A DNA stretch of 61,005 nucleotides from an uncultured Nitrospiraceae bacterium (GCA_964393845.1 CAYMUX010000002.1:4741-65745), one strand, 5' to 3'. Positions 9,404-20,682 are shown, counted from the stretch's first letter. Numbers and translations are program-made. Notes: generated from the letters alone by a model not told the origin.

Positions 9404-9599
9404 AGGTCTATAAAACCTATCTGCATCTCTTCTCCTGAACAGAATATATGATAGATATATCCAAGAAAATATTTATCCTGTTATAAACAGAATGATAATT
9501 GAAATAGTAATGGGTTAATTGTAGACAGCCTCTTTAGAGCTTCGATAAATCCGGTAATCGGCATCTATTCGCCAAATGTCAATTTTGGTGTCTGACCCC

Positions 9600-12500
9600 T
9601 CAAATTTCTAATAATGAACTTTGAACTTTTTCTATTAATTTTCTGATATATACATCTTTATCATCCTTCTGAAAAAGGACATTACAATCATTAAATTCTT
9701 TCTTTGACATGGGGTTATCTTTGCCAAACCATTGAATTTGAGAATGCAATGTTGGAGTGACAATAAATGAATTCAAGATTATGTTGGGATCGGGAAGTTT
9801 TATTTCTACTTCCTTTATTGTTTTGTAAAATTGTATTTTCCTGTCATTACGCCCTTCTGCAAAGCGCAATCCGTGAGGATCAATAAAAGTGATGAACTGT
9901 TTATCCCCTTTAATCAGCCATAAAATAAAATCAGGATAAAATCCGCCATCCTGAAAGAAACCTATTCCTTTACCCTTACTTTCATTTCTTAATAAATAGA
10001 GCTTCATGTCTTTAAAGACTTCTAACTTATTTTTATAATATTTCATTAGGTCAAGGACGAATTCCTTCTCACTTTCTTTCAACTCTACAGGCGTAACCCT
10101 AATGCGATTGTTCTTCAGGTATATAAGGGGATGATAGAGATGACAATCAAAAATGATAGGCCCGATCTCCTGATATAAACCATTTGAGCGTTTGGCCTCA
10201 ATCTCATCAAGCTTTCCTTTCTCGATAGCTTCTTTGATTTCAAGAAGCTCGTCAATAATATCCTGCTCCTGTAGCTGTACTTCAAAACTATATTCACGAT
10301 CCTTAAATTCGTCTGCAGAAATTTCCTGATATTCCAGGTGTTCATTATCCCAAATTGCTTTCTGGTGTTTGTAAAATCGCTCAGTATATTTTTTCATTAG
10401 GGCAATCGCTATTTCCTGCCACTGAGTAACTTTTTTAAAATTATCAGGCTGTAGTTGATCTTCCGGGATATAAAGGTGGTACCATCCATCATTGGATAAT
10501 AGTTCAACCATTTTTTCATGAGAAAAATTTAGATTGAACCAGGCCTTTTCATTTTTGAATTGCTGTAGTTCAGTATAGATTGCATCAATATCCATAAATG
10601 CCACATGTCGGCTATCGAACTTACCAAGATTTAATTGTGCCTTTGTTATGGAGGTCGATGCACCCTTGCTCTGCTTCACCTGAATCTTAGGATACCAGTT
10701 CAAGACAACCGGATATTTCCGTAAATATGAACTTTGCGGGTCAAGTATTGGTTTAGGGCCATTGCGTTTAAAGTCGAGGCCTTCCTTTAATCCCGGAACC
10801 TTAAGTTTATGACCCTTGGGCACATTTTCCTTGATAGGCAGCACAATTTTTCTTTTCTCATCATCTGTCGGCAGCCCTTCTTCTTTAAGGTACTCATTAA
10901 ACTGGCTCATATAATCTGCGCGTATGCCAAAGATGTTTAAGGTCTCAACCAATTCTATGTGTGCTGGTGCAGTATTTTGCAGTACTCTTCTGCTTCGCTT
11001 CAGGCAGAAATCTACTCCTTTTAAACGAACTCCTCTGCCGAATAGTTGAATGATTTGCGGGCCTTCTCCTCTCCCGATATTCATAAGCCCCATAGTGCTG
11101 ACTCTCCAACTGCTCCATCCCTCTGTAAATTTCTTTGAACCTATTAATATGTTGATGCTCGAATCTTTATCATTTATGGCTCTGAATAGTGATCCTGAAA
11201 ACTCCATATCTGCAACTACAAGTTCATCATGCACTTCACAGAGTTTGCAAAGCGCTGATACGTCACCGACATTAATTACACCGAAAGGGTCATTGTCTCC
11301 AAGCCGCAATGCTATCTCACCTTCAGAACCCTTAAGATTTTCCACATGAAGCTTTGCGCGTGATGAAGCATTAAAGATCACCCTGAGAATATCATCATAA
11401 ACTTCATCTGCTGTCAGTTCTTGATTATTGAGATACGCAAAAGCGCGTGTAAAGATATCATTCCCATGCTCATCGAGCAGATCGGCTTTGCCTGTGAGAA
11501 GTTTCTTAATATGATCAATCGTATCTTTCTGATTTTCGACAAAGCTTGCAAGGTAAAGCAGAATATCAATAACGTCTGAAACCTTTTTCTTGTTTTCTGT
11601 CCTTACCGCATTGACGCTTCCACCGACAAATACCCATAGCGGTTTTTCAATGAGAAACTTGCGTAAGGGGTCTTTTTTATCTTCAAACAATTTCTGCTGC
11701 TGATAAAAAGCCAGCAAACAGGCTGTTAGATATCGCTGACGATTTACTTCTTCCGAGTCATCCTTTAAATTTAAAATCCGATATTCTTTGCCATAACCGT
11801 CACCGTAAAAGTATTTATATGAATAGTCAAATAATGTGCATTTGACGTATTCCTGCTCCAGCTTTTTCCCGCGATCCCCTGTGGCCGCTCTTACAGCCTG
11901 TCCGAAGGTTGCAGAATACTCAAATGAAAACCCGTTTTCACAAAGCTGGTCGCGCCGTGACTTCCAGTCCACACCACTTGCGCCCCTGTGTCCTTCATCC
12001 ACAAGCACAAGGTTATCTCCTTCAAAGGCTTCAATGGCGACAGTCTTTTCCCCTGATTCTTCTCTGAGTTTATGTATATCAATAATTTCTACTGACCGTC
12101 CAAAATAAAGCCCCCGGCCATCTTTTGAGAAAAGTTCAGCATCCATGCCTGAGATGCGGAATTCTTCAAGATGCTGATTAGAAAGCCCTTCATTAGGTGT
12201 TAACAGGATAATCCTGTTCATTAAGCGTTCCCTATTGTGAGCTTTGAGATAATGTTGGTACTGAAGAATGTTTACGTGCATAAGGAGAGTCTTGCCGGAG
12301 CCGGTAGCGCTCCAGTAAGCAAGTTTATTTAAATCCTTGGTAGCATAGACGTCAATTTTATCACGATCCGCTTTATCTGAATTAAACCGTTCCACATGTT
12401 TATTAAGGTCTAAGAGAAGTTTTTCAGAATCCTGAAAATACCGATCCAGATATATTTCAGAAAATAGCAGTGACAGATACTGAAAATACTTTAAGTTCAG

Positions 12501-12806
12501 AATCTGTCCTTCCATGTTGCGCCGTTCAGTAATAGCTTTCCAGTGGCGGACTATGTTCTGATCATAGGCAAGCAGGATATCGGAAGTTAGTTCCTTCCGT
12601 TCAAAAAGGCGGGAACTGAGCACATAATAAAAGCGGCTGATATTGTCTTCGTCAAAGCCCTCACGTTCAGGCTCTTTCATACCTAAGGTAAGTTGTTCAA
12701 AGTTCTTTACCTCAAACAAACTTAAAATCCATTGGTTGAGAACGAGTTTTTGGTCAAACTTAAGAGGAGGGGTTAAAGCCTGGTTATTGGATTTTTTCTT
12801 TGCCAT
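9600..12806 (-). CDS. res: Type III-like restriction subunit (SF2 helicase plus C-terminal PD-(D/E)xK-like nuclease)
   Basis: SATGSGKT, DEGH, YSATF, QLFGRGVR; C-terminal FYPDFILW..FIDPHG. Confidence 0.88.
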   Translation of the reverse strand: MAKKKSNNQALTPPLKFDQKLVLNQWILSLFEVKNFEQLTLGMKEPEREGFDEDNISRFYYVLSSRLFERKELTSDILLAYDQNIVRHWKAITERRNMEGQILNLKYFQYLSLLFSEIYLDRYFQDSEKLLLDLNKHVERFNSDKADRDKIDVYATKDLNKLAYWSATGSGKTLLMHVNILQYQHYLKAHNRERLMNRIILLTPNEGLSNQHLEEFRISGMDAELFSKDGRGLYFGRSVEIIDIHKLREESGEKTVAIEAFEGDNLVLVDEGHRGASGVDWKSRRDQLCENGFSFEYSATFGQAVRAATGDRGKKLEQEYVKCTLFDYSYKYFYGDGYGKEYRILNLKDDSEEVNRQRYLTACLLAFYQQQKLFEDKKDPLRKFLIEKPLWVFVGGSVNAVRTENKKKVSDVIDILLYLASFVENQKDTIDHIKKLLTGKADLLDEHGNDIFTRAFAYLNNQELTADEVYDDILRVIFNASSRAKLHVENLKGSEGEIALRLGDNDPFGVINVGDVSALCKLCEVHDELVVADMEFSGSLFRAINDKDSSINILIGSKKFTEGWSSWRVSTMGLMNIGRGEGPQIIQLFGRGVRLKGVDFCLKRSRRVLQNTAPAHIELVETLNIFGIRADYMSQFNEYLKEEGLPTDDEKRKIVLPIKENVPKGHKLKVPGLKEGLDFKRNGPKPILDPQSSYLRKYPVVLNWYPKIQVKQSKGASTSITKAQLNLGKFDSRHVAFMDIDAIYTELQQFKNEKAWFNLNFSHEKMVELLSNDGWYHLYIPEDQLQPDNFKKVTQWQEIAIALMKKYTERFYKHQKAIWDNEHLEYQEISADEFKDREYSFEVQLQEQDIIDELLEIKEAIEKGKLDEIEAKRSNGLYQEIGPIIFDCHLYHPLIYLKNNRIRVTPVELKESEKEFVLDLMKYYKNKLEVFKDMKLYLLRNESKGKGIGFFQDGGFYPDFILWLIKGDKQFITFIDPHGLRFAEGRNDRKIQFYKTIKEVEIKLPDPNIILNSFIVTPTLHSQIQWFGKDNPMSKKEFNDCNVLFQKDDKDVYIRKLIEKVQSSLLEI

Positions 12807-12812
12807 AGTATT

Positions 12813-13862
12813 TCATTTCAAATTCTTTTTTGCTTCCCGCATCTCAAGTTCGAGATACTTCTTTTCTCTTTGCAGTTCTTCCCGGAGTTCTTTTTCCGTC
12901 GGCAGGTACAGTTTATATTTTGAGGCAAAAATGGTCTTGCTGTTTTCCAAAAGCGTGTATTTTGCCATCGCCTCGTTCTTCTCAGCGCACAGTATCAGGC
13001 CGATTGTCGAGTTGTCTTCAGACTGTTTGACCTCTTTTTCAAAATAGCGGACATAAAAGTCCATCTGTCCCAAGTCCTGATGCGTCAACTTGCCGATCTT
13101 AAGGTCAATAAGCACAAAGCATTTCAGGATGTAGTTGTAGAAAACAAGGTCAATGTAAAAGTGGTCGCCATCTATGGTTATTCTCTTCTGCCGGGCCACA
13201 AATGAAAAGCCCTTGCCAAGTTCAAGAAGGAAATCGTGAAGCTTGTCCATGAGACCCTGCTCCAATTCGGTTTCAAGATATTCCTTGTTTTCTTTTAAGC
13301 CGAGGAATTCTAGGACATAAGGGTCTTTGATAATATCTTTCGGCCCGGGTCCCGGCTCAAGCTTCTGTATTTCCGCCTTCACCAGCTTCTTGTCCCGGCT
13401 TGCCAGGAGACGTTCATAATAGAACGAGTTAATCTGCCGCTCAAGCTGCCGGGTAGACCAGTTGCCGGTGATGCATTCTTCAAGATAGAATTCACGGGTA
13501 GATTCTTTTTCCACGCGCATCAGCAAGCGGTAATGTGTCCAGCTCAATTGGCTACGCAGTGCGTCGCCAATTGGAAATACCAGATAAAACTGCCGTATGT
13601 TTTTTACATTAGAATAATCAAAGCCCTTGCCAAACTCCTTGCTTAGACGCGCCGATAGTTCCTTCAGCAGGTATTCTCCGTATTCAGCCTTTGTCTTCCC
13701 CTTCTGTTCGTCTTCGACGATAACCCTGCCGATATTCCAGTAAGCCTGCACCATTGCGAAGTTTACAGCGCGGAAGGCGGTACTGCGGGCCTCTTCGAGA
13801 ATCTCCTTAACAGCCTTGTATGTTTTGTTAATTGTTTTAACGGCAGTATCTTTCTTCATCAT
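12813..13862 (-). CDS. yhcG: YhcG/DUF1016 PD-(D/E)xK nuclease-domain protein
   Basis: YWNIGRVIVE, LSWTHYRLL, WSTRQLERQI, IKDPYVLEFL, DLGQMDFY; ATGA overlap with mod. Confidence 0.92.
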   Translation of the reverse strand: MMKKDTAVKTINKTYKAVKEILEEARSTAFRAVNFAMVQAYWNIGRVIVEDEQKGKTKAEYGEYLLKELSARLSKEFGKGFDYSNVKNIRQFYLVFPIGDALRSQLSWTHYRLLMRVEKESTREFYLEECITGNWSTRQLERQINSFYYERLLASRDKKLVKAEIQKLEPGPGPKDIIKDPYVLEFLGLKENKEYLETELEQGLMDKLHDFLLELGKGFSFVARQKRITIDGDHFYIDLVFYNYILKCFVLIDLKIGKLTHQDLGQMDFYVRYFEKEVKQSEDNSTIGLILCAEKNEAMAKYTLLENSKTIFASKYKLYLPTEKELREELQREKKYLELEMREAKKNLK

Positions 13863-16800
13863 ACGTCCTGAACATCGAACATCAGGCAGTGGAATTCTTC
13901 TTCGATCAGGCGCACCTTCCAGGTCATGTCCTCACGCCGGAGGTTTTCAAGATTGTTATCGCCGTTTACATAGATCAGATCATATTCCATGTCCTTCGTG
14001 TTATATTTCTGTTTCTTGAACCATGCATCAAGCTTGTCGTTGTCGGTAGAGGCAGGTTTCAAACCTGCCTCTACATTCCGCCAAAGGACAAGCACTTTTT
14101 GCCCCTTCGGATTCGTCCCTTCAATAACTTTAATTCCTCTTATGTTATCAATGTGCTTCACAGTAAGTCCTATCAGGTAATTGAATGTCTCGACAAGATC
14201 AACGGCAACCGGCTTTGTCTCACCGACACTGCCGGTGGAAATATTCAGCTTGTAGTTGAATGGATCATCAAAGACTTTCACATTAAGCAGGCTACCTCTG
14301 CTCTCAACATCAAGCATGTAGGAGAGCATATAGCTTTCACGGAAAGAAGCAGATTGCTCAAGAAGTGATTGCTGTGCCTCAGTCCGTTTGACCTCAAGAT
14401 TGTTTAAGGTGTCTTCATATGATTCAAGGCGGATATATTTGAACATGTGGCTTGAGCCTTCGCGTGAGACGGGCTTGCCGTCTTTCCAGTCTTTGGAGTA
14501 GATGACCTTCTGAATACGAGGCTTCAGAACGGTGTCGAAATAATTGCCCATCTCAACAAGGATGTATTTGCGATTTCCGCCGTCTTCACGGTTTAAGTTT
14601 ATGACGGCATGACCGGTGGTGCCGGAACCGGCGAAGTAGTCGATGGAAATTGTATTCAAACCTGCACCTGCAACTTTCAAGCAGTCTTCAACTGCAAATA
14701 TTGACTTAGGGAATAAAAAAGCATGTCCAGCTCCAAACAAGTTTGTTAATAAATTTGTGCCATGAGAACCAGCCGCATATTTAGGTTTGTCCCACCACGT
14801 CCCTGGAAGGGAACCGAGTAAATTTAAATAATTTCTTCTAAAAACTTGCTGTTCTCCGTTAATACCTTTGGCAATCCGAATATGTTTAAGATTTGCTTCA
14901 ACTCTTTCATGTCCCCACTTCCAAACACGTTCATTCCCACGTTCATCTTTGGGCCAATATACCATCTCATCAGCATTAGACTCCTCTAATATGAACCATT
15001 CATTCCTTGAACTATCCCATTTCATTTTAGGCACTCTTATATTTGATCCATTAAAATAAATTGGGTAATACTGTTTAGGACGTTCGCTCCTTTTGGAATC
15101 TGTACCGGTCTTACGAAAATTTTCCCATAGAAATTGACAACCGTTATCATCAACTTCATTGTATCTATCTTTTTGTTTCTCAGTTCGCTCTAGCCTTCCT
15201 ATACTTTTCAAAGTGCTGCCAACTGTAAAAAACAATGCATACTCATGATTAACTGCAAATCCTTTTACTGTAGAACGTCCCTGCGGGTTGTTTCTAATCA
15301 ATGCTATCCCTAAAAAATTATCAGTATTAAATACTTCTTGTAGAAGAAACCAGAGATTATGAATTTCATCATCATCAATAGTGATACACGCAATACCATC
15401 CTCAGTGAGAAATGCTTTGGCAATTGCCAATCGGTTGTTAATAAAACTAAGCCAAGACGAATGCTTGTAATCATTTTTATATAATATTTCAGATGCACTG
15501 GTATTATACGGCGGATCAATATAACTGCATTTCACCTGTCCCTGATATCGTTTCTGCAAGAAATTCAACGCTTGAAAATTCTCACTATGCACAAGCAGCC
15601 CATCACATTGCTCATCGAGCTTGTCAAAGCCTGCTATCAGCTTATCCTTGAAGACTTGGATAAAGAACTTTGTATCAAGCACAAGAAACGGATTAGCCTT
15701 GAGGAAGTTGATTGTTAATGGATTGGAAAATCTCCCTGAATCCCCCTTTTCCAAAGGGGGACTTAAGAACGGCAGTGTCTGACTCTTCCCACCTTTAGCA
15801 AAGGGGGGCTGGGGGGGATTTTTTAATTCATCAATAGCAAAAAGCCTTATCCACTCCTCCCGCTGAGCATCATTCTCAACAATCTCAGGATAAAGCGCCT
15901 CCGGCACTCTGTCCAGCGTCACACAGTAATTGGTCTCAACGACAAACTTCTTCTTAAGCCAGAGCCTTTTCTGAAAGTCCTCGATCTGCGCAAGGAATTC
16001 AATAATCTTGTGCGCTATTTTTCTGATGACCTTTATCTTTGAAAGATATTGCTCAACTCTTGGGGTTGATTCATTCTCGATGTCATCAAGGTGCATGACT
16101 TCATTTTTGATAAAGAAGTCTAATTCCCGGCGAAGGAATTTGCTCAAGTCTTTATGGATAAAGTAATCAAAGGTATTCCGGGCCGTGTAGTCATTAAAAT
16201 GCTGCTCTAATAAGGTTCGGTTTGGGTTCTTTTCCGTAGGTCTAAGCTGGGCAAATTCATGCTGCCATTCTTTAAAACCATCAACAGCCAAAATTGTTTT
16301 TACTGCCTCATCATTCAGGCTTTTCTGATCCCGCTTCTTTGAATCAGGCTTGTATTCAAAGCGGATAACAAGCTCATCATTACTTTCAACAAGCGGCTCA
16401 TTCTCAGAGAGAATAAACCGGCGTTCCTTGCCTGCCTCTGCCTTTACATTGTCTTTCTCAACGTCCGCATCAACAAGTTTGAAAAAACACACTCTCTTGC
16501 CGGAGGGTAGTTTGAAACTGTAAGTGTGAAAGTATTCCGAGGTCTTAATGTAATACTGGTCATGATTGGCCCAATAAAGCTTTACTTCCTCTCCCTCGTA
16601 AGGAATGGCGTAAACACCTTCCTTATATCTTCTGGCTGAAATAAAATCTCCCTTGTCATAATACCTGCGGAAGAAACTATAAAGGTCAGAGAAGACTTCA
16701 TTTTCAAGCGCGGTTATATTTACAGAGGAGCTTTCATATTTTCCTGTCAATTCCCGGACCCTCGGAGCATCGTCAGGATTGATTCCTAATGTCCTTGCAT

Positions 16801-17023
16801 CCTCACTCGCCTTTTTCAGGTCCCCGGCGATAGTCTCCTTATCAGCGGACTTATATTGCGCAAAGGCGTCCTTGACCTGCGGCAGAAGATCGCTGTCAAG
16901 AAACTGCATGATCTCGCCCCGCTTCTGATTCATAATCCGGTAAATGCCGAAGTCGAGTTCAGCCTGATCGAGCTGAAAAAGCTCGGCAAGGAGTTTTTTT
17001 AATTTGTCGTAGTTAGTGGACAT
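13859..17023 (-). CDS. mod: Type III-like N6-adenine DNA methyltransferase (beta class)
   Basis: YIDPPYNT precedes [10 protein letters not shown]; [10 protein letters not shown]-terminus; variable region between the motifs. Confidence 0.9.
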   Translation of the reverse strand: MSTNYDKLKKLLAELFQLDQAELDFGIYRIMNQKRGEIMQFLDSDLLPQVKDAFAQYKSADKETIAGDLKKASEDARTLGINPDDAPRVRELTGKYESSSVNITALENEVFSDLYSFFRRYYDKGDFISARRYKEGVYAIPYEGEEVKLYWANHDQYYIKTSEYFHTYSFKLPSGKRVCFFKLVDADVEKDNVKAEAGKERRFILSENEPLVESNDELVIRFEYKPDSKKRDQKSLNDEAVKTILAVDGFKEWQHEFAQLRPTEKNPNRTLLEQHFNDYTARNTFDYFIHKDLSKFLRRELDFFIKNEVMHLDDIENESTPRVEQYLSKIKVIRKIAHKIIEFLAQIEDFQKRLWLKKKFVVETNYCVTLDRVPEALYPEIVENDAQREEWIRLFAIDELKNPPQPPFAKGGKSQTLPFLSPPLEKGDSGRFSNPLTINFLKANPFLVLDTKFFIQVFKDKLIAGFDKLDEQCDGLLVHSENFQALNFLQKRYQGQVKCSYIDPPYNTSASEILYKNDYKHSSWLSFINNRLAIAKAFLTEDGIACITIDDDEIHNLWFLLQEVFNTDNFLGIALIRNNPQGRSTVKGFAVNHEYALFFTVGSTLKSIGRLERTEKQKDRYNEVDDNGCQFLWENFRKTGTDSKRSERPKQYYPIYFNGSNIRVPKMKWDSSRNEWFILEESNADEMVYWPKDERGNERVWKWGHERVEANLKHIRIAKGINGEQQVFRRNYLNLLGSLPGTWWDKPKYAAGSHGTNLLTNLFGAGHAFLFPKSIFAVEDCLKVAGAGLNTISIDYFAGSGTTGHAVINLNREDGGNRKYILVEMGNYFDTVLKPRIQKVIYSKDWKDGKPVSREGSSHMFKYIRLESYEDTLNNLEVKRTEAQQSLLEQSASFRESYMLSYMLDVESRGSLLNVKVFDDPFNYKLNISTGSVGETKPVAVDLVETFNYLIGLTVKHIDNIRGIKVIEGTNPKGQKVLVLWRNVEAGLKPASTDNDKLDAWFKKQKYNTKDMEYDLIYVNGDNNLENLRREDMTWKVRLIEEEFHCLMFDVQDV
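14046..14074. repeat. GTAG-type REP-like palindrome, in-frame in mod
   Basis: GTAGAGGCAGGTTT-C-AAACCTGCCTCTAC (perfect 14-bp arms), read as [10 protein letters not shown]. Confidence 0.85.
15727..15823. repeat. Full bipartite CCCCCTTT..AAAGGGGG element, in-frame in mod
   Basis: Encodes [32 protein letters not shown]; same architecture as 3363-3440. Confidence 0.85.
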
Positions 17024-17030
17024 GATTTAT

Positions 17031-17066
17031 AAAATCTCCCCTGTCCCCTCTTTTTCAAAGAGGGGT
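17031..17066. repeat. Half-copy of the CCCCTCTTT..AAAGAGGGG element between the SNF2 gene and mod
   Basis: AAAATCTCCCCTGTCCCCTCTTTTTCAAAGAGGGGT. Confidence 0.8.
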
Positions 17067-17079
17067 AAAAAGTCATTCA

Positions 17080-19944
17080 TTATACAACTTGCCAGCGTAT
17101 AGTGAAAAGGTCTTTTACTGATGTCTTCTGCTGCATTCTCTTTTCAAGTTTTTCAATCAATGTGTCACGCTTTTCCATTATTTCATCCTCGATTTCAAAT
17201 ATTTTTTGTCTCTGCTTTCGCTTCTTCTTCTCAAGCTCGGTTATTTTCTTCTGTATCTGATGCTGCTCATCTACAGTTGGCGCAAGACGTGCCTGACGGG
17301 TTAATGCCTTTATTTGCTCTTTCGTATCTTTAAGCTCTTTCTCGGCAGCCAGTACCATGTCCTCAGCCCATTTTTCCAGACGTTCACGACCTTCATTGAA
17401 ATGCCGGTTGTTCGTTTCAAGCGATTTACTGATTGTTGCTCTCTGAAAACGTTCTGCCTCTTTGCCGAGACGCTCTTTTATATCAGAAGGCATACTATTT
17501 AAATCAGATGCCGCTCCCGAACAATTGAAGAGCTTTTCACAGGCCTCCTGATCAAGTGAATTACCTTTATCATTAAACCCTGAAAAGAGAAGATATTCCT
17601 CATGCTCAAACGATTCAATTGCCATGCGCCGAAGAGTAAGCCAGCCGGATTGTCCTTTGAGTTTATCAACAACTGATATTCTGACCGGGTAATTAGAAAT
17701 ATCGAAAGTGACATGCGCAAGCGGAGCAGGACACACTTTGCCATTATTGACAACATATTCACCAAGTGGATGAGATAAGCGATATAAAAACTCACCGCTG
17801 ACGTTTTCCTGCTTTTTTGAAATCATGTGATAAGTCCCTGATCTTAAGGGATCAGATAGAGGGTTTTGCAGCTTGAATGTTAATGCTGTGTCATTGAATT
17901 CGGCGTAGTCACGGAGAATAAACTTTGTAAGAGTCCAGAACATCCTGCCTATCTTATCAAGCTGCTCCCGCGTACCTGCAAGATTTATCTTTAACCGTGA
18001 ATGAACATCCTCATAAAAGTGTTCAAGGAGAAGGCGCCGTGTGTCTTCTATTTTGCTCTGGATCTTTTCTTCGAATTCTTTTTGGAGCTGCTGAAAGGCC
18101 TGCTCAATCTCTTCAGAGGTCCGGCATTGCTGGTAAATATCAAGAATCCTCCGCTCAAAATCTACACCGGATTCAATAGTTCCCAAAACTTCATCAGATA
18201 CGCCAAATACTCCTGAAAATAAATTGAACTTTTCGCTCAAAAGCTCATATACACGTCTGTCCGCATCATTTCGCTGATTGAGAAAGTTGATTACCACTAC
18301 ATCATGCTTCTGCCCGTAACGATGGCAGCGTCCTATGCGTTGTTCAATCCTCTGCGGATTCCATGGAAGATCAAAATTAATGACCAATGAACAGAACTGA
18401 AGATTAATTCCCTCGGCAGCAGCTTCAGTGGCTATCATTATGTCGGCGTTGTCACGAAAATGCTCGATGATAGCCGTACGGATATCCACTGGACGGGACC
18501 CGGAGACTCTGCCGCTTTCAGCATTAAGTGTCACCCATTTTCCGTAAATTTTAGTTGCCTCAGGTTCAGTGTTGGTACCATTGAATGTAACTATCTGTCC
18601 GGCATATCCGTTTGTTTCAAGAAAGTCTTTCAGAAATTGCTGCGTCCTGCGGGACTCAGTAAAAATAACCACTTTATTTGCCGCGCCTATTTCAGTCATT
18701 TTTTCGAAACCGATCTCTAAGGCTTTCAGCAGGGCACGTGTCTTTGTGTCAATCCCTATGCTCCGCGCCCACTGCACGTAACGGTCAAGTTCGTCTATCT
18801 CCTTATTTAAACGATCGCGGTCGATAATAGGAAGTTCATTGACTTGGGGTTGTTCTGTCTCTTCGCTATTGAGAATCTCCTCAAGAAATTCGTCTTCTAT
18901 TTCTTGTTCCTGCGTGATTTGCTCTACAATGTCACGAGGCGTGGACTGATTGTCACGTAAAGCTATCAAGCGGTCCCGCATGGCCTCAAGAGTCCCTGCA
19001 ACAGCCTGTGACGATGAAGCAAGAAGCTTTCGTACAATAAGCGTTATCAAATGTCGCTGCTGTTGTGGAAGGGCATAAGTTCCTTCTCTTTGTAAAAAAG
19101 CGGATACCGCCTCGTAAAGTTTATGTTCCTGGTTAGTGGGATTGAAAGGGCGTGTTATTAATTTGCGTTCGGTGAACGGTACATATTCAACGACTTGATG
19201 CCGGAGAGTGCGGGTACAAAAAGAGCGGAGACGACTGCGAAGTTCATCAAGGTCTCCCCCAACATTGGTATATTGAGTACGAAATGACGGTAGGTCTCCA
19301 AAAATCCGATCATCAATAATAGTAGATAACCCGTAAAGTTCAAGAAGAGAGTTTTGGAGAGGGGTAGCAGTTAAGAGTATCTTACGTCTACCTTCCAGCG
19401 CCCATTTTATATTTTGCCCCAACCTGTTGCTTTCACGATAAGCATTCCGCAGCTTATGCGCCTCGTCTATTACTGCCATATCCCATTGAACAACCCTTAT
19501 GTCACCAGATTGGCGGCTGGCAAAATGCATAGACGTTATAACAATAGAATCAGCATCAAATGGATTTGTTCTTCCGGATTTTTGCGCTTCACGATATTTT
19601 TTTGCATCAAGAATTGATATGGGAAGGTTAAACTTTTCGTTCAGCTCAAGCTCCCATTGCTTACGAAGAGAGGCTGGACAAATGACAAGCAGCTTTCGGC
19701 GGCTCTCTGCCCAATACTGACATAGTACCAGTCCAGCTTCTATTGTTTTACCAAGACCAACTTCATCTGCCAGCAATACACCTTGCGAGACCGGGGATCT
19801 AACTGCAAAAAGGGCAGCCTCTATTTGATGAGGATTCAAATCAACACATGCATCAAAGAGTGAACGTGAAAGGCGTTCAACTCCAGCGCCGCCGCGACGG
19901 GTAATTTCATGGGCAAAATATACTGCGTGATACGGAGTGGTCAT
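17080..19944 (-). CDS. SNF2/RapA-like helicase with a C-terminal coiled coil
   Basis: LLADEVGLGKT, DEAH, LTATPLQN, EGINLQ, DLPWNPQRIEQRIGR; start placed at MTTPYH after AGGGGA. Confidence 0.92.
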   Translation of the reverse strand: MTTPYHAVYFAHEITRRGGAGVERLSRSLFDACVDLNPHQIEAALFAVRSPVSQGVLLADEVGLGKTIEAGLVLCQYWAESRRKLLVICPASLRKQWELELNEKFNLPISILDAKKYREAQKSGRTNPFDADSIVITSMHFASRQSGDIRVVQWDMAVIDEAHKLRNAYRESNRLGQNIKWALEGRRKILLTATPLQNSLLELYGLSTIIDDRIFGDLPSFRTQYTNVGGDLDELRSRLRSFCTRTLRHQVVEYVPFTERKLITRPFNPTNQEHKLYEAVSAFLQREGTYALPQQQRHLITLIVRKLLASSSQAVAGTLEAMRDRLIALRDNQSTPRDIVEQITQEQEIEDEFLEEILNSEETEQPQVNELPIIDRDRLNKEIDELDRYVQWARSIGIDTKTRALLKALEIGFEKMTEIGAANKVVIFTESRRTQQFLKDFLETNGYAGQIVTFNGTNTEPEATKIYGKWVTLNAESGRVSGSRPVDIRTAIIEHFRDNADIMIATEAAAEGINLQFCSLVINFDLPWNPQRIEQRIGRCHRYGQKHDVVVINFLNQRNDADRRVYELLSEKFNLFSGVFGVSDEVLGTIESGVDFERRILDIYQQCRTSEEIEQAFQQLQKEFEEKIQSKIEDTRRLLLEHFYEDVHSRLKINLAGTREQLDKIGRMFWTLTKFILRDYAEFNDTALTFKLQNPLSDPLRSGTYHMISKKQENVSGEFLYRLSHPLGEYVVNNGKVCPAPLAHVTFDISNYPVRISVVDKLKGQSGWLTLRRMAIESFEHEEYLLFSGFNDKGNSLDQEACEKLFNCSGAASDLNSMPSDIKERLGKEAERFQRATISKSLETNNRHFNEGRERLEKWAEDMVLAAEKELKDTKEQIKALTRQARLAPTVDEQHQIQKKITELEKKKRKQRQKIFEIEDEIMEKRDTLIEKLEKRMQQKTSVKDLFTIRWQVV

Positions 19945-20121
19945 TATAGGATTTCCCCTGTTAAATTGAACGCTTAATTTTAATCTAAATGTCATCAAAC
20001 AGCAACAGGGCAGAGAAGCAAACGCTACCATAAATTCAAGGGCATTAGCGGGCTATCTCATGTGGACTATTTTTGCCGCCAAATCTTGCGCCTTATATCT
20101 AGCATCCTGTATCCTGTATTT

Positions 20122-20682
20122 ATGTCATTCAAAATCATCTCTGTAACAGGCGCCCATAGCAGTGTGGGAAAGACAACGCTCTGTTCGATTTTGCTGAAAA
20201 ACCTTAAAGGGTTTGGGGCCATTAAATTTACAAAGACCCCTCTCTATACTTCGATCACTGATGATCCGGATGTCATTTTGCAAAAAGACAAAGATACGGC
20301 AATTATGTCTCAGTCCGGCGCTGAGAAAGTTGTATGGGTTCAAAGCAGCGGCAGTGAGCTGGAAGATGACTTAAGCATTGCGATGAGCAAGATGGATGGT
20401 CTTAAAGGGGTAGTGGTTGAGGGTAACAGCCCTGCAAATTATTTAAATCCCCATCTGATAATATTTATCATCGGACAGGACGGACAGGTTAAGCCCTCGG
20501 CCAGGGAAGTGAGTGAGAAGGCGGATATCATAATTATCAACTCCCCGGAAGGAATTCAAAATCCTTCTATCATTGCTTCCTTATCACAAAAAAGTGCTCA
20601 AACCTTCCGCATAGATTTAATAAAAAAACAGGGTGAAATTGACAAATTCATCGCCTATATCAAAAAATACATTAAGGATTAA
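20122..20682 (+). CDS. Small P-loop protein (MobB-like)
   Basis: GAHSSVGKTT Walker A, KDT..GA and VVVEGNS motifs; start placed at MSFKII. Confidence 0.65.
   Translation: MSFKIISVTGAHSSVGKTTLCSILLKNLKGFGAIKFTKTPLYTSITDDPDVILQKDKDTAIMSQSGAEKVVWVQSSGSELEDDLSIAMSKMDGLKGVVVEGNSPANYLNPHLIIFIIGQDGQVKPSAREVSEKADIIIINSPEGIQNPSIIASLSQKSAQTFRIDLIKKQGEIDKFIAYIKKYIKD

Noticed and set aside
17080-19944. DISARM or BREX assignment for the SNF2 locus
   Set aside because: No drmA/B/C, pglZ or brxC genes; the neighbours are Mod- and Res-like.
8520-20060. Integrative element or prophage boundaries around the defence locus
   Set aside because: No integrase, transposase, tRNA or flanking att-like repeat was recognised.
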